Source: Promethearchaeota archaeon (GTDB taxonomy: Archaea > Asgardarchaeota > Thorarchaeia > Thorarchaeales > Thorarchaeaceae). From it: DNA of 32,000 nt. Under the pieces are notes generated by a model that was given only the letters and a program-made list of their open reading frames with translations, ran no database searches and was not told the DNA's origin. Both the position numbers and the translations under genes were made by a program. Shown piece after piece: positions 1-8,243 of this stretch. Positions within the stretch are counted from its first letter, which is position 1, and every line of letters begins with the position of its first letter. The stretch covers positions 9,374 through 41,373 of the forward strand of contig JALVPN010000144.1 in the NCBI GenBank assembly GCA_027031765.1, written 5' to 3'.

Positions 1-1
1 G

Positions 2-916
2 GTCATAGCGGTCAGGGAGGGGGACAGAGAGCTGCTGCAGGCGATAGACGCCGCACTCGAGGAACTCTTTGAGTCGGGAGAGTATGAAACGATATTCGCC
101 CGATGGTTCGGTACCGGACTGGATGGAAACCGGGAACTGGCACAAATCCGGACGCTGGTAGTAGCTGTGGCGGGGATTGTTGGAGCGGGCGTCCTGCTTG
201 TGCTCACTTGGAACTGGTCGCTACGCAGGAGGGTCGACAGGGCGACGAGGAGAATCCTGCTCCTGACCGATATCTTTCGACACGATCTCAGGAACATCTG
301 CCAGATAGGACTCTATAGTCTGGAGCTCCTTGAACTGAAGACGGATCTGAGAGATGGGGAGGCGGCCGACTTTGTCGAGAATGCGAAGAATGCGTTCAGA
401 AGACTTGACAACCTGATAAACGACCTCTCGCTCCTAGAAACACTTGCATCAGAACGGCCGCCAAAGGGCGAGGTTGATGTGAAAGGGGCACTGTACTATG
501 CGGCCGAACGGCTCAGGGCCGAGCAGGTAGGTGTAGATGTCCAGCTGATATTTGAGAGCGATAGGACACAAGTGATACACTCGTGCGAGCTGTTGCCCGA
601 GGCCCTCTTCCGGGTGATGCGATACGTAGCTGTGAAGACGCAACCAGATGGGGGCAGATACATCATCGTGAGGGTAAGGAGGACAAGGTTGCACACCGAA
701 ATCTCCATTGGGAGCCCGGAACTGGTAGTACCACCAGACATGAGAGAGAACAGGTTCTTGAGGTATGCAGGGGACTCTCACGCTGAGGTCGGGCTGGACC
801 TGTCTGTTGCCCATAGTATAGTGTCCCAGTGCGGCAAGGGGACAATAAGGGTGGAGATTAGTCCGACCAGTGATGAAGGCACAGGAGCAACATTCGTAAT
901 CACGCTGGGCCAGTAG
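2..916 (+). CDS. Sensor histidine kinase-like protein, 5'-partial: family-3 solute-binding domain C-terminus + TM + HisKA + degenerate HATPase
   Basis: The frame of ORF 167..916 is open back to position 2 and reads VIAVREGDRELLQAIDAALEELFESGEYETIFARWFG, a typical PBP3 C-terminus. It is followed by a TM helix ending WNWSLRRRV, H-box RHDLRN, and a HATPase-like region with altered N/G boxes. Confidence 0.8.
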   Translation, partial: VIAVREGDRELLQAIDAALEELFESGEYETIFARWFGTGLDGNRELAQIRTLVVAVAGIVGAGVLLVLTWNWSLRRRVDRATRRILLLTDIFRHDLRNICQIGLYSLELLELKTDLRDGEAADFVENAKNAFRRLDNLINDLSLLETLASERPPKGEVDVKGALYYAAERLRAEQVGVDVQLIFESDRTQVIHSCELLPEALFRVMRYVAVKTQPDGGRYIIVRVRRTRLHTEISIGSPELVVPPDMRENRFLRYAGDSHAEVGLDLSVAHSIVSQCGKGTIRVEISPTSDEGTGATFVITLGQ

Positions 917-952
917 GCAGTGGCAGGTCCTGGGGTCAACGTCGTCGCACAC

Positions 953-1729
953 CTATTCAGCATCTACTACTGCATCGACCACCAAGGTGCGACTGGACTC
1001 TATGAATGGCCTAGCAGAATAGTCTGCAAAACAAGAAACGGTCCCAAAGCCGGCGTCGTGTAGGGTTTCCACAAGCCAGAGGGGGCTTATGTTGAGAACC
1101 CGTTGTGTGACTGTGGAAGACTGCCAATGGTCGCCAGTGCGTTGCGCAACTAGGAATACCAACGTGGACACCGGTTCAGATGGCAGGTGGTCGAAGAACC
1201 TCGCAAAAACGACCGGAGTGCCACTTCTGCCAGCACCCACACGCATGGGTAAGGGGCTCAGAGGCGAGGCCCGGAGTACATCAAAGTTCAGCAACTGGAG
1301 CACAGTCCGGCCATGTGGGGACAACATGTCAGCAAGGGTGTATAACAGCTGCTCAACATCAGTGAGACTTGGCAGTAGCGACAGCGAGTTGCCAATGCAC
1401 AGTACCATCTGGATGTCGCCTTGTGCAATTAGTGTCGCATCACGCATATCAGCCAAGATGAACTGTGGGGTGGGTACGACACTCTGGGCAAGGACATGGG
1501 CAGCCCGGATCATTGCCAGACTAGAGTCAATCCCGATGACCCTGTACCCACGGCGCGCTAGGGCCACCGCATGGTGTCCACTACCACATGCAATATCTAT
1601 GACCGAACCGCTATCTGGTGTGGCAAGCCTCTCCGTGATGAATGGCAGTTCTCTACCCAGACGGGTACGCCAGTCAATTGTCTGGTCATAGGCCAGCGCC
1701 ACTTCGTCGAACACGGCCAGTCCAATCAC
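953..1729 (-). CDS. Class I SAM-dependent methyltransferase (glycine/sarcosine N-methyltransferase-like)
   Basis: Motif I VIDIACGSGHHA, GIDSS, ADMRD, and CIGNSL post-II motif. Confidence 0.85.
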   Translation of the reverse strand: MIGLAVFDEVALAYDQTIDWRTRLGRELPFITERLATPDSGSVIDIACGSGHHAVALARRGYRVIGIDSSLAMIRAAHVLAQSVVPTPQFILADMRDATLIAQGDIQMVLCIGNSLSLLPSLTDVEQLLYTLADMLSPHGRTVLQLLNFDVLRASPLSPLPMRVGAGRSGTPVVFARFFDHLPSEPVSTLVFLVAQRTGDHWQSSTVTQRVLNISPLWLVETLHDAGFGTVSCFADYSARPFIESSRTLVVDAVVDAE

Positions 1730-1737
1730 TTCCGGCA

Positions 1738-1753
1738 GACACCATATGGTGTC
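1738..1753. promoter_or_regulatory. Perfect 16-bp palindrome GACACCATATGGTGTC, candidate operator
   Basis: Self-complementary sequence 9 bp upstream of the methyltransferase start, next to an AT-rich TTCAATAT on the minus strand. Confidence 0.45.
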
Positions 1754-1844
1754 ATATTGAACCGAGGGGGAGATGGATAAGTCCTTGGGAAGCGGGCCCT
1801 CCGGGCAACTGCCTGATCAGATGCTATCAGGACGACCAACGACA

Positions 1845-3202
1845 TCATGCCAACGGTGGGGGGATTTGCCATCCAGACCCAAACAGGTCGTCCAGCGCAA
1901 CAACTGGCCGGTCCAGTGCGGGGACGTATTTCGTCGACCACAGGATGACGTGTCTGAGCATACGCATCGCTGGCGCGTCGGGTTTGTTGTACGGACAGGA
2001 GCGGATACAGTTACAGTTGGAGCAGTCCGTACCGTTGTCAAGCCAGTACCCATGACAGGCCTCAACATCGACGTACCACTTCTTCACGCCAGGGTCATTT
2101 GACCTGCACACGCCCTCCCAAGTCTGTTCCCGCTCGTAGGGGATTGCCTGAAACGGGCAGTGTCTGTCACACTTGTCGCACACCTCGCAGAACCGGATTA
2201 CAGACTCGCAGAACTCCATGTCGGGACCGTCAGGGCCCAGTGGCATGTCGGTGAGCACTGTGCCAATGCGCACATACGAGCCATACTTTGGAGTGATGAG
2301 CAGTCCGTGCCGTCCGTACTGCCCCAGGCCGGCATCGATGACCAGTGGCACACTCAGTGCCACATCGTTCCCACACACCACTGCCCGGTAGCCCATGTCC
2401 TCGATGGACTGAGCAAGCATGAGTTCAATCACGACCAGCCGGGAGTAGCCCACGGCCGTTGGAACACTTGCAAGCATCGCTGGGGAGCTGCTGATGGACT
2501 CGTAGTCCATGCGGACAACAAGGACAACAGCACGGTTGATGTCAGACGGGATGTTGTAGGGCACACCGAAGCGGTCCTTCGCATAGACCCATCGTCTGTC
2601 AAGCGCTGCAATGCCGACATCATCTGCTCCGAGATGGCGTGCAACACGCTTCGCGAGGGGCGCAGGTGCTCTGGACTTGCAGACACACGCTTGCTGGCTG
2701 GATCACCTACTAGACCACAGGGTCTGAGCTCGACCACATTGCCATAGACCCACCATGGTGCCACAAGTAGGGCGGACTCTGCAGGCGAGTACCCAAGAAT
2801 GCCAAGCTCGACCACATGTGCTGCCCCAGAGTACGCACTACGTCCATAGTACTTGAAAGACGGCTCCTGCTGTGCACAGGCAAATATGTGGTCGGTTTCG
2901 CAGAAGCGACAGTATGATGGGCGCACACGGTACGGTCGACTCTTGGACTGGACGGCTTGGCCACGGTCACTAGTGCGCTGCGGCGGGGTCGTCTTCCGAC
3001 CGTATTCCGGGACAATGGCCCCCAGTGGGCAGGAAGGCACACATCCGAGGCAGGCGGTACACTCGGAGGGCCGCACAGTGGGGCGGCCACTCTCCCTGTT
3101 GAGGGCAAGTGGACTCCGTCCCTTGCGTACAGAAACGAACGAGACCACACATTCAAAGTCGCAACCAGACGGGTCGCATGTCTTCGGGTCTATGACCGCC
3201 AT
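1845..3202 (-). pseudogene. rdhA: Reductive dehalogenase (RdhA/QueG-like cobalamin Fe-S protein) with N-terminal RLI-like + 4Fe-4S domain, frameshifted
   Basis: 3' frame, extended upstream of 2564: KRVARHLGADDVGIAALDRRWVY...DVALSVPLVIDAGLGQYGRHGLLITPKYGSYVRIGTVLTD...FCEVCDKCDRHCP...CHGYW...DCSNCNCIRSCPY. 5' frame (2429..3202): AVIDPKTCDPSGCDFEC, CTACLGCVPSCP, YCRFCETDHIF, GYSPAESAL. The frames switch near 2652-2670. Confidence 0.85.
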
Positions 3203-3400
3203 GTCTCGTGCCAGCCCGGAGGTGTGGGGCCCTCATGCGGCCAGAGGGTATTATCCACGCTTGTCCTCGGCCCAGACAGACTTCTATGACTCCGTACGGA
3301 CAGTGCCATTCTGGGCCATCGTACGTGTTCCCAGTGACACAAAAACTAAATCGTGCCGCCGTGCTACCAGTGATGACCCCTGACAAGGGAGAGAGGCCTG

Positions 3401-3829
3401 ATGACGATTGACCCACTCCTAGATGCCCTCAAGAAGATTCCAGTGGAGATGCTTGCAAGTGCGCTTGACAGCCTACCAGTAGAGTTCACGATAATCGACG
3501 CAGAAGAAAGAGTCCTGTTCTGGAACCAGCACGGTACACGCACATTCAAACGTGGCCCGGGAGTGATTGGTCGGAATGTCCGCATGTGCCATCCAAAGTC
3601 CAGTCTCGACAAGGTCGAAAGAGTGATTGAGCTCCTGAAGAGTGGCAAGAAGGATCATGTTGACTTCTGGATTGATATTGGGGAAGGTGATGACAAGAGG
3701 AAAATCCTCATACGGTACTTCGCCATCCGAGATGACGAGGGGAAGTACCTTGGAGTCCTTGAGGCCACACTCGACCTGACACCACTCCAGGAGATAACGG
3801 GGGAGAAACGGCTCCTAGACGTGGAGTAG
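3401..3829 (+). CDS. Stand-alone PAS domain protein (PAS_10/DUF438-associated type)
   Basis: LDSLPVEFTIIDAEERVLFWN...IGRNVRMCHPKSS...VERVIELLKSG...YFAIRDDEGKYLGVLE. Confidence 0.85.
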   Translation: MTIDPLLDALKKIPVEMLASALDSLPVEFTIIDAEERVLFWNQHGTRTFKRGPGVIGRNVRMCHPKSSLDKVERVIELLKSGKKDHVDFWIDIGEGDDKRKILIRYFAIRDDEGKYLGVLEATLDLTPLQEITGEKRLLDVE

Positions 3830-3844
3830 GGGCTGCATGTCAAT

Positions 3845-4106
3845 ATGAGGACACAGAGGACACGTCATCCCCGGGTCACTGTCCACACGGAGGACTGCAC
3901 GGGGGTGTCTAAGGTGTGTCCGGGGGTGCCCTGAGAGGATGTTCGGGGGCGTCAGAAACGTAGAGAGCATGCGCACGGTAGTGGTGGTGGAGCCGGAACA
4001 CAACTGTGTGGCCTGTCTTCTGTGTGAAGTGGTCTGCCCGGTGGACGCAGTACATGTCGTGACGTACGGCAGGTCTGATGACACGCTTGGTGCGCTCCTG
4101 CTCTAG
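3845..4106 (+). pseudogene. 2[4Fe-4S] ferredoxin with a 1-nt frameshift in a G5 run (not in ORF track)
   Basis: ATG 3845 gives MRTQRTRHPRVTVHTEDCTG. Dropping one G at 3901-3905 continues CLRCVRGCPERMFGGVRNVESMRTVVVVEPEHNCVACLLCEVVCPVDAVHVV...TAG 4104-4106, giving two CxxCxxCxxxCP motifs. Confidence 0.85.
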
Positions 4107-4220
4107 TCTGCACAACCGGGTGGCCACGTACTCGACCGTGGGTGTTCGTTGGCAGTTCCCCTTTTGGGGGTGCAGCACCCCGTTATGTCCGGAATGCCGT
4201 TTCTCTCTGCGTGACCGGAA

Positions 4221-5440
4221 ATGTGTGGCGTGTCGCTGAGCGACAATGAGAAGGCCATCCGTAATCGGACACGCACTTTTGTACGTGACCGGGTTGACCG
4301 GGAGCTCGTCCTAAAGGTGAATGGATGGGAGGAATACTCATGCGAGTTCATCAAATCCGCAGGGGACACAGGACTACTGGGGCTGCGTTTCCTACGTAGA
4401 TATGGTGGGCACAGACTAGACTGGGTCCACGAGGTGCTTGCACTTGGAGGTCGGAGTGCTGGGATTGCACTTGCATGTGCGTACTCGCTCCTCAGTACTG
4501 TGGGACAGGGCATCCACTGGTTCGGCACGGAAGAACAGAAGAAGATGTATCTTGAGCCAACACGGTGCGGTAAGACGATTTGTGGAGATGGGCTGACCGA
4601 GCCCCGGGGTGGTTCGGAATTCCTTGGCACCAACACAGTGGCCATCAAGGAGGGCGACACGTACACAATCAACGGCAGGAAGCGCTTTGTTGCGGGGGTG
4701 TTGGTAGAGACTACTTCCTTGTCTATGCACGAATCAGTTCTGATGCCCCGTCACATAGGTCACTGACGGCATTCCTAGTGGACAGGGATGCAGACGTTGA
4801 GGTCGCTGAGGAATACGAGCTGATGGGGCGTCGGGGGGTGGGGGCGGCCCGAATTGTGTTCTGGGAGGAGGTACCTGAGGCCGCCGTACTCGGCAAGGTT
4901 GATGGCGGCACAGCAGTGTTCAATACAATAATGGTGTCCGAACGGCTAACCTCTGCATCAAACCCACTTGGAATGGCACGGGCGGCGCTTGAGATTGCGG
5001 TCAGGTATGCAGACCGGCGGCAGGCGTTCGGTGGGGGAATGAAACAACTTTGAGGAGACAAGTTTCAAGTTGGCGACTGTGCGACGCGGCTCGATGCAGG
5101 CCAGGGGCTCGTGTACCGTGCAGCCAAGGTCGCAGACACTAGGAGGTGGTGTAGGAGGGAAGTCGCACAGGCAAAGCCGTTCTGCACCGAGGCGGCCCTC
5201 AAGGTTGTCAGCGAGGCCATGCGAGTCCTTGGCGGTATAGGCCATACCAACATCTGTTTCATTGAACGTCTGTTCCCAGACGCACATCTTGTCACCATAT
5301 TGACTGGGAGCAATGAGATACAGCGTCCAATCGTCCAGAAGGAATTGTTCAAGGAAGTCCTGTCTGAAGGCCGTTCGGATAGTCGTGATGTCAAGCCCTA
5401 CACGCCGGGGGTACACAAGGTAGCGAAAAAAGGTGTTTGA
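4221..5440 (+). pseudogene. Acyl-CoA dehydrogenase, multiple indels
   Basis: FGTEEQKKMYL, GLTEPRGGSEF, YTINGRKRFV, G.RG.G, ERL, RQAFG, KPFCTE, LGGIGHT, ILTGSNEIQR motifs are spread over frames. Frameshift at G5 4694-4698, compensating frame switches near 4446-4463 and 5045-5075, TGA at 5051-5053. Confidence 0.9.
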
Positions 5441-5576
5441 GGAAGACCCGATGAGATACCACACAGGACAGGGCACAGTGACTGGCCGCAAACCCGGCAG
5501 TGAGTATTTCAGGCACGGTCGCAGAGCCAATACTGCAGCACCAGTACGGGTGCAGGCCTACGAGGTGAAATCAAGG

Positions 5577-5948
5577 GTGCAGGCCTATAACATAGTCCAC
5601 TTTGCAACTACAGTAGTCCCTGGCGTCGTATTTGGGCTCTTGGTCGGATATGTGTTGGGTGGCTGGCAAATCCAGTCGCGCACGCGACTCGTCATCATTG
5701 CGCTCCTGGCACTGATTGGGGGTGTAATGGTCGCACTTGGATACAGACTGCTCATGGGTCTGGAACCACTAGACCTCATCTTGGCATTCATGTCCTTTGT
5801 CTCAGGAGTGGGCCTTGGCAGCGGTATCGGGTGGGTGCCTGAGGGGCCGCCTGCGCCAAAGCGTCATGTCAGGTATGACCCTGATGAGGACGACCGTGAG
5901 TTCGACAGGCAGCTCAGGGAGTCACTGGGTATCGATGAGGACGAATGA
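5577..5948 (+). CDS. Small 3-TM membrane protein with acidic C-terminal tail
   Basis: GTG 5577 follows SD GAGGTGA. Three hydrophobic segments, then a tail YDPDEDDREFDRQLRESLGIDEDE. Confidence 0.7.
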   Translation: MQAYNIVHFATTVVPGVVFGLLVGYVLGGWQIQSRTRLVIIALLALIGGVMVALGYRLLMGLEPLDLILAFMSFVSGVGLGSGIGWVPEGPPAPKRHVRYDPDEDDREFDRQLRESLGIDEDE

Positions 5949-6079
5949 TACTGTACGACTCCCCGAGGGGCACAATCAATGACGGGGTGAGTGGCCACAA
6001 CGTCATGGAAACGTTCATAATCACGGGGGGGAGCTATTGCAGGTTCCAATCCGGACGAGCAGAACCGAGATGGATAGAC

Positions 6080-7276
6080 ATGATGCATAAGCCCAGCACT
6101 GCTCCGCTCTTTGCTGCAATGTTACTGCTCACCCTATGTATGGTACTGCCCAGCAGTACAGCACAGACATGGGGTGGTGATGAGAACCTGTCAGTACTCG
6201 TGGAGGTGGACGGGGCACCAATTGGCCCCAACAACCAGACCATACCGGTCTCAGATGTGATGGAACTGACACTTTGCATTCGTGCAAATGTGTTGCTCAC
6301 ACTGCAGAGTATCACATTCCGACTCTCCTATCTCGGGATTCCAATGATGAACCAGCCAAACGAGTTTGACATCCTGCTGCCAGCGGGCTACAACAGCACG
6401 CAGGACATCCCTGTCGACCTGAGTACGCTAAGTCTGGACGGCATCAGCCTGATCAGTGGTACAGTTGAGGGGAGCCTGGCCTTCGTCTACAATGTGACCC
6501 CGTACGAGAACAACACCATTGTCCAGAGGTTCAAAATAGCAATGGGTAGCGGGAACCCGCTGTATTCAGTACCGGGGATTATCACGGTCGGGCTGACGGC
6601 GATGACTGCCATATCCCTCCTCCTTGCTCTGGCGCAGTTCCAAGGGGGTATATTTGCTGCCGCCCGTATAAGACAGGCCACGCGCGCAAGAGATGTCAAG
6701 GTGTTCCCAAAACAGACCGTCCTTGGGAGAAAGAGAAGGAGAAGGAAAGAAGACCAAGAGATACCGGCTGACCTGTCGGAACGGGCAACCGAGATAGCAC
6801 AGGACGCATGGGACGGACGCTACTGCCCCAAGTGTGGCAAGCGGTGGAAGAGGGGTGCCCCGACCTGTGCAAAGTGTGGATTGGACATGGAGTCTGCACG
6901 TCGACTGTTCGCCGAGAGAGTCGGCAAGCTGGCACCAGCCGCACTTGAGGTCATACGTCCAGGGACACGGATGACGGTCGGCGAGCTCTCAAAGAAGCTC
7001 AGAGTCCGGGCTGAGATTGGTGGTGCCATTGCAGCCGCGCTGTTGGAGATGAACCTGCTCCGGACACGGAGTGTCAGGGTGCCACTGAAGAAAATCACAT
7101 TCTCAGGCTCCACCATTGTGGGGCTATACCTGAGCTGGTCGCAACTCCTGGGTGGTACGACGCCGTCGTGGATATACGTACTACTGTTGACAGCAGGAGC
7201 ACTCGTTGCCACAGTGACATTCGCATACTGTCTGCGGTGGCTGGCCCGGGTGCCGAGGTTCGGATACGGGGAATGA
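6080..7276 (+). CDS. Hypothetical membrane protein: signal peptide, beta-rich ectodomain, TM, cytoplasmic Zn-ribbon + HTH-like region, 2 C-terminal TMs
   Basis: ORF 5945..7276 with start reassigned to ATG 6080 ahead of the signal-like LFAAMLLLTLCMVLP. CPKCGKRWKRGAPTCAKCG motif. Several N-X-S/T sequons. Confidence 0.75.
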   Translation: MMHKPSTAPLFAAMLLLTLCMVLPSSTAQTWGGDENLSVLVEVDGAPIGPNNQTIPVSDVMELTLCIRANVLLTLQSITFRLSYLGIPMMNQPNEFDILLPAGYNSTQDIPVDLSTLSLDGISLISGTVEGSLAFVYNVTPYENNTIVQRFKIAMGSGNPLYSVPGIITVGLTAMTAISLLLALAQFQGGIFAAARIRQATRARDVKVFPKQTVLGRKRRRRKEDQEIPADLSERATEIAQDAWDGRYCPKCGKRWKRGAPTCAKCGLDMESARRLFAERVGKLAPAALEVIRPGTRMTVGELSKKLRVRAEIGGAIAAALLEMNLLRTRSVRVPLKKITFSGSTIVGLYLSWSQLLGGTTPSWIYVLLLTAGALVATVTFAYCLRWLARVPRFGYGE

Positions 7277-7343
7277 TTGCCCAGTGCTCCGTGCACCAGC
7301 ATGACAGCCCGAAACGCGGCGGTCTTGAGGACGGGAACAGAGG

Positions 7344-8114
7344 ATGGATAGATATGATGAGGTCTTCGGGCGCCACCGCTACCACGAGTGGAGCAATGAT
7401 GAAGTCGTCGTCACAGTGCCGTTCAGTGTCGCAGGCGTCAGCACGGTAATAGCAATCACTGAGCGGCGTGGCCACAGGACGGTGCTGCTGGATGCAGGCG
7501 ACGGCGTTTCGAGGGATCTGCTGGCTGTAGCTGGGCCAACGGTCACATCAGCACTCCAGCTCGTTGCAGTCACTCACGGCCACTATGACCACATGGGCGG
7601 GCTCTACAGTCTACTTGGACTGCTCAGACTGCGGCACCGGACAGACCCGCTAGACATCGTTGTCCCGGTGGGGTGTGTCGAGGCCCGTGAGATGGTTGCC
7701 GCGTTCAGGAGAGTCTATACAACAACGATCCACTTCACAGTCAGAGTACAGGAGATGCCGTGTGGGTCTGAGGTCACAGCCGGCCCGTTCCGCCTTCAGG
7801 CCTTCTGCGTGGAACACAGGGGGTTGGGATCGACCGACAGTGACACCCCTTGGATGCCCGCGCTCGGGTACCGGGTCTGCGTCGGGAGTACCACAATCGC
7901 TTATACTGGAGATGCACGCATGACTCCCGGGCTGGAGAGAGCGGTGCGGGGTACTGACTTGGCCATTATCGAGGCCACACTAGAAACGCATGAGGAGGAG
8001 GAAACTGCAGCTCACCTCACAGAAGGCGAGGCCCGTGACCTCGCCGCCTCAGCAAAGGATGCAATACTCATTCACCGGCCGCCACAGTTTGTCAGGAGGA
8101 CCAGCACACACTGA
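7344..8114 (+). CDS. MBL-fold metallo-hydrolase, RNase Z/BN-like
   Basis: LLDAGDG, THGHYDHMGG, VEH, YTGD, LAIIEAT, AHLT, ILIH motifs. Confidence 0.8.
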   Translation: MDRYDEVFGRHRYHEWSNDEVVVTVPFSVAGVSTVIAITERRGHRTVLLDAGDGVSRDLLAVAGPTVTSALQLVAVTHGHYDHMGGLYSLLGLLRLRHRTDPLDIVVPVGCVEAREMVAAFRRVYTTTIHFTVRVQEMPCGSEVTAGPFRLQAFCVEHRGLGSTDSDTPWMPALGYRVCVGSTTIAYTGDARMTPGLERAVRGTDLAIIEATLETHEEEETAAHLTEGEARDLAASAKDAILIHRPPQFVRRTSTH

Positions 8115-8243
8115 CTATGCACGCGCCATGCAATGATGCACGAGACCCCGCACCGTATTCTGGCATGGCCCGCCCCGAGGACACGACGGTGACAGCGGCA
8201 ATGCAGCAGTCAGAGTGCGGCCCACATGAGCAGATGGATGGCA

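Noticed and set aside
5051-5053. In-frame TGA in the acyl-CoA dehydrogenase as possible selenocysteine or readthrough
   Set aside because: It is not at a Cys-equivalent position. The family-like sequence FEETSFKLA is in the neighbouring frame, so the TGA results from compensating frameshifts.
6030-6060. tRNA T-arm-like GGTTCCAATCC
   Set aside because: No acceptor, D or anticodon stems can be built around it.
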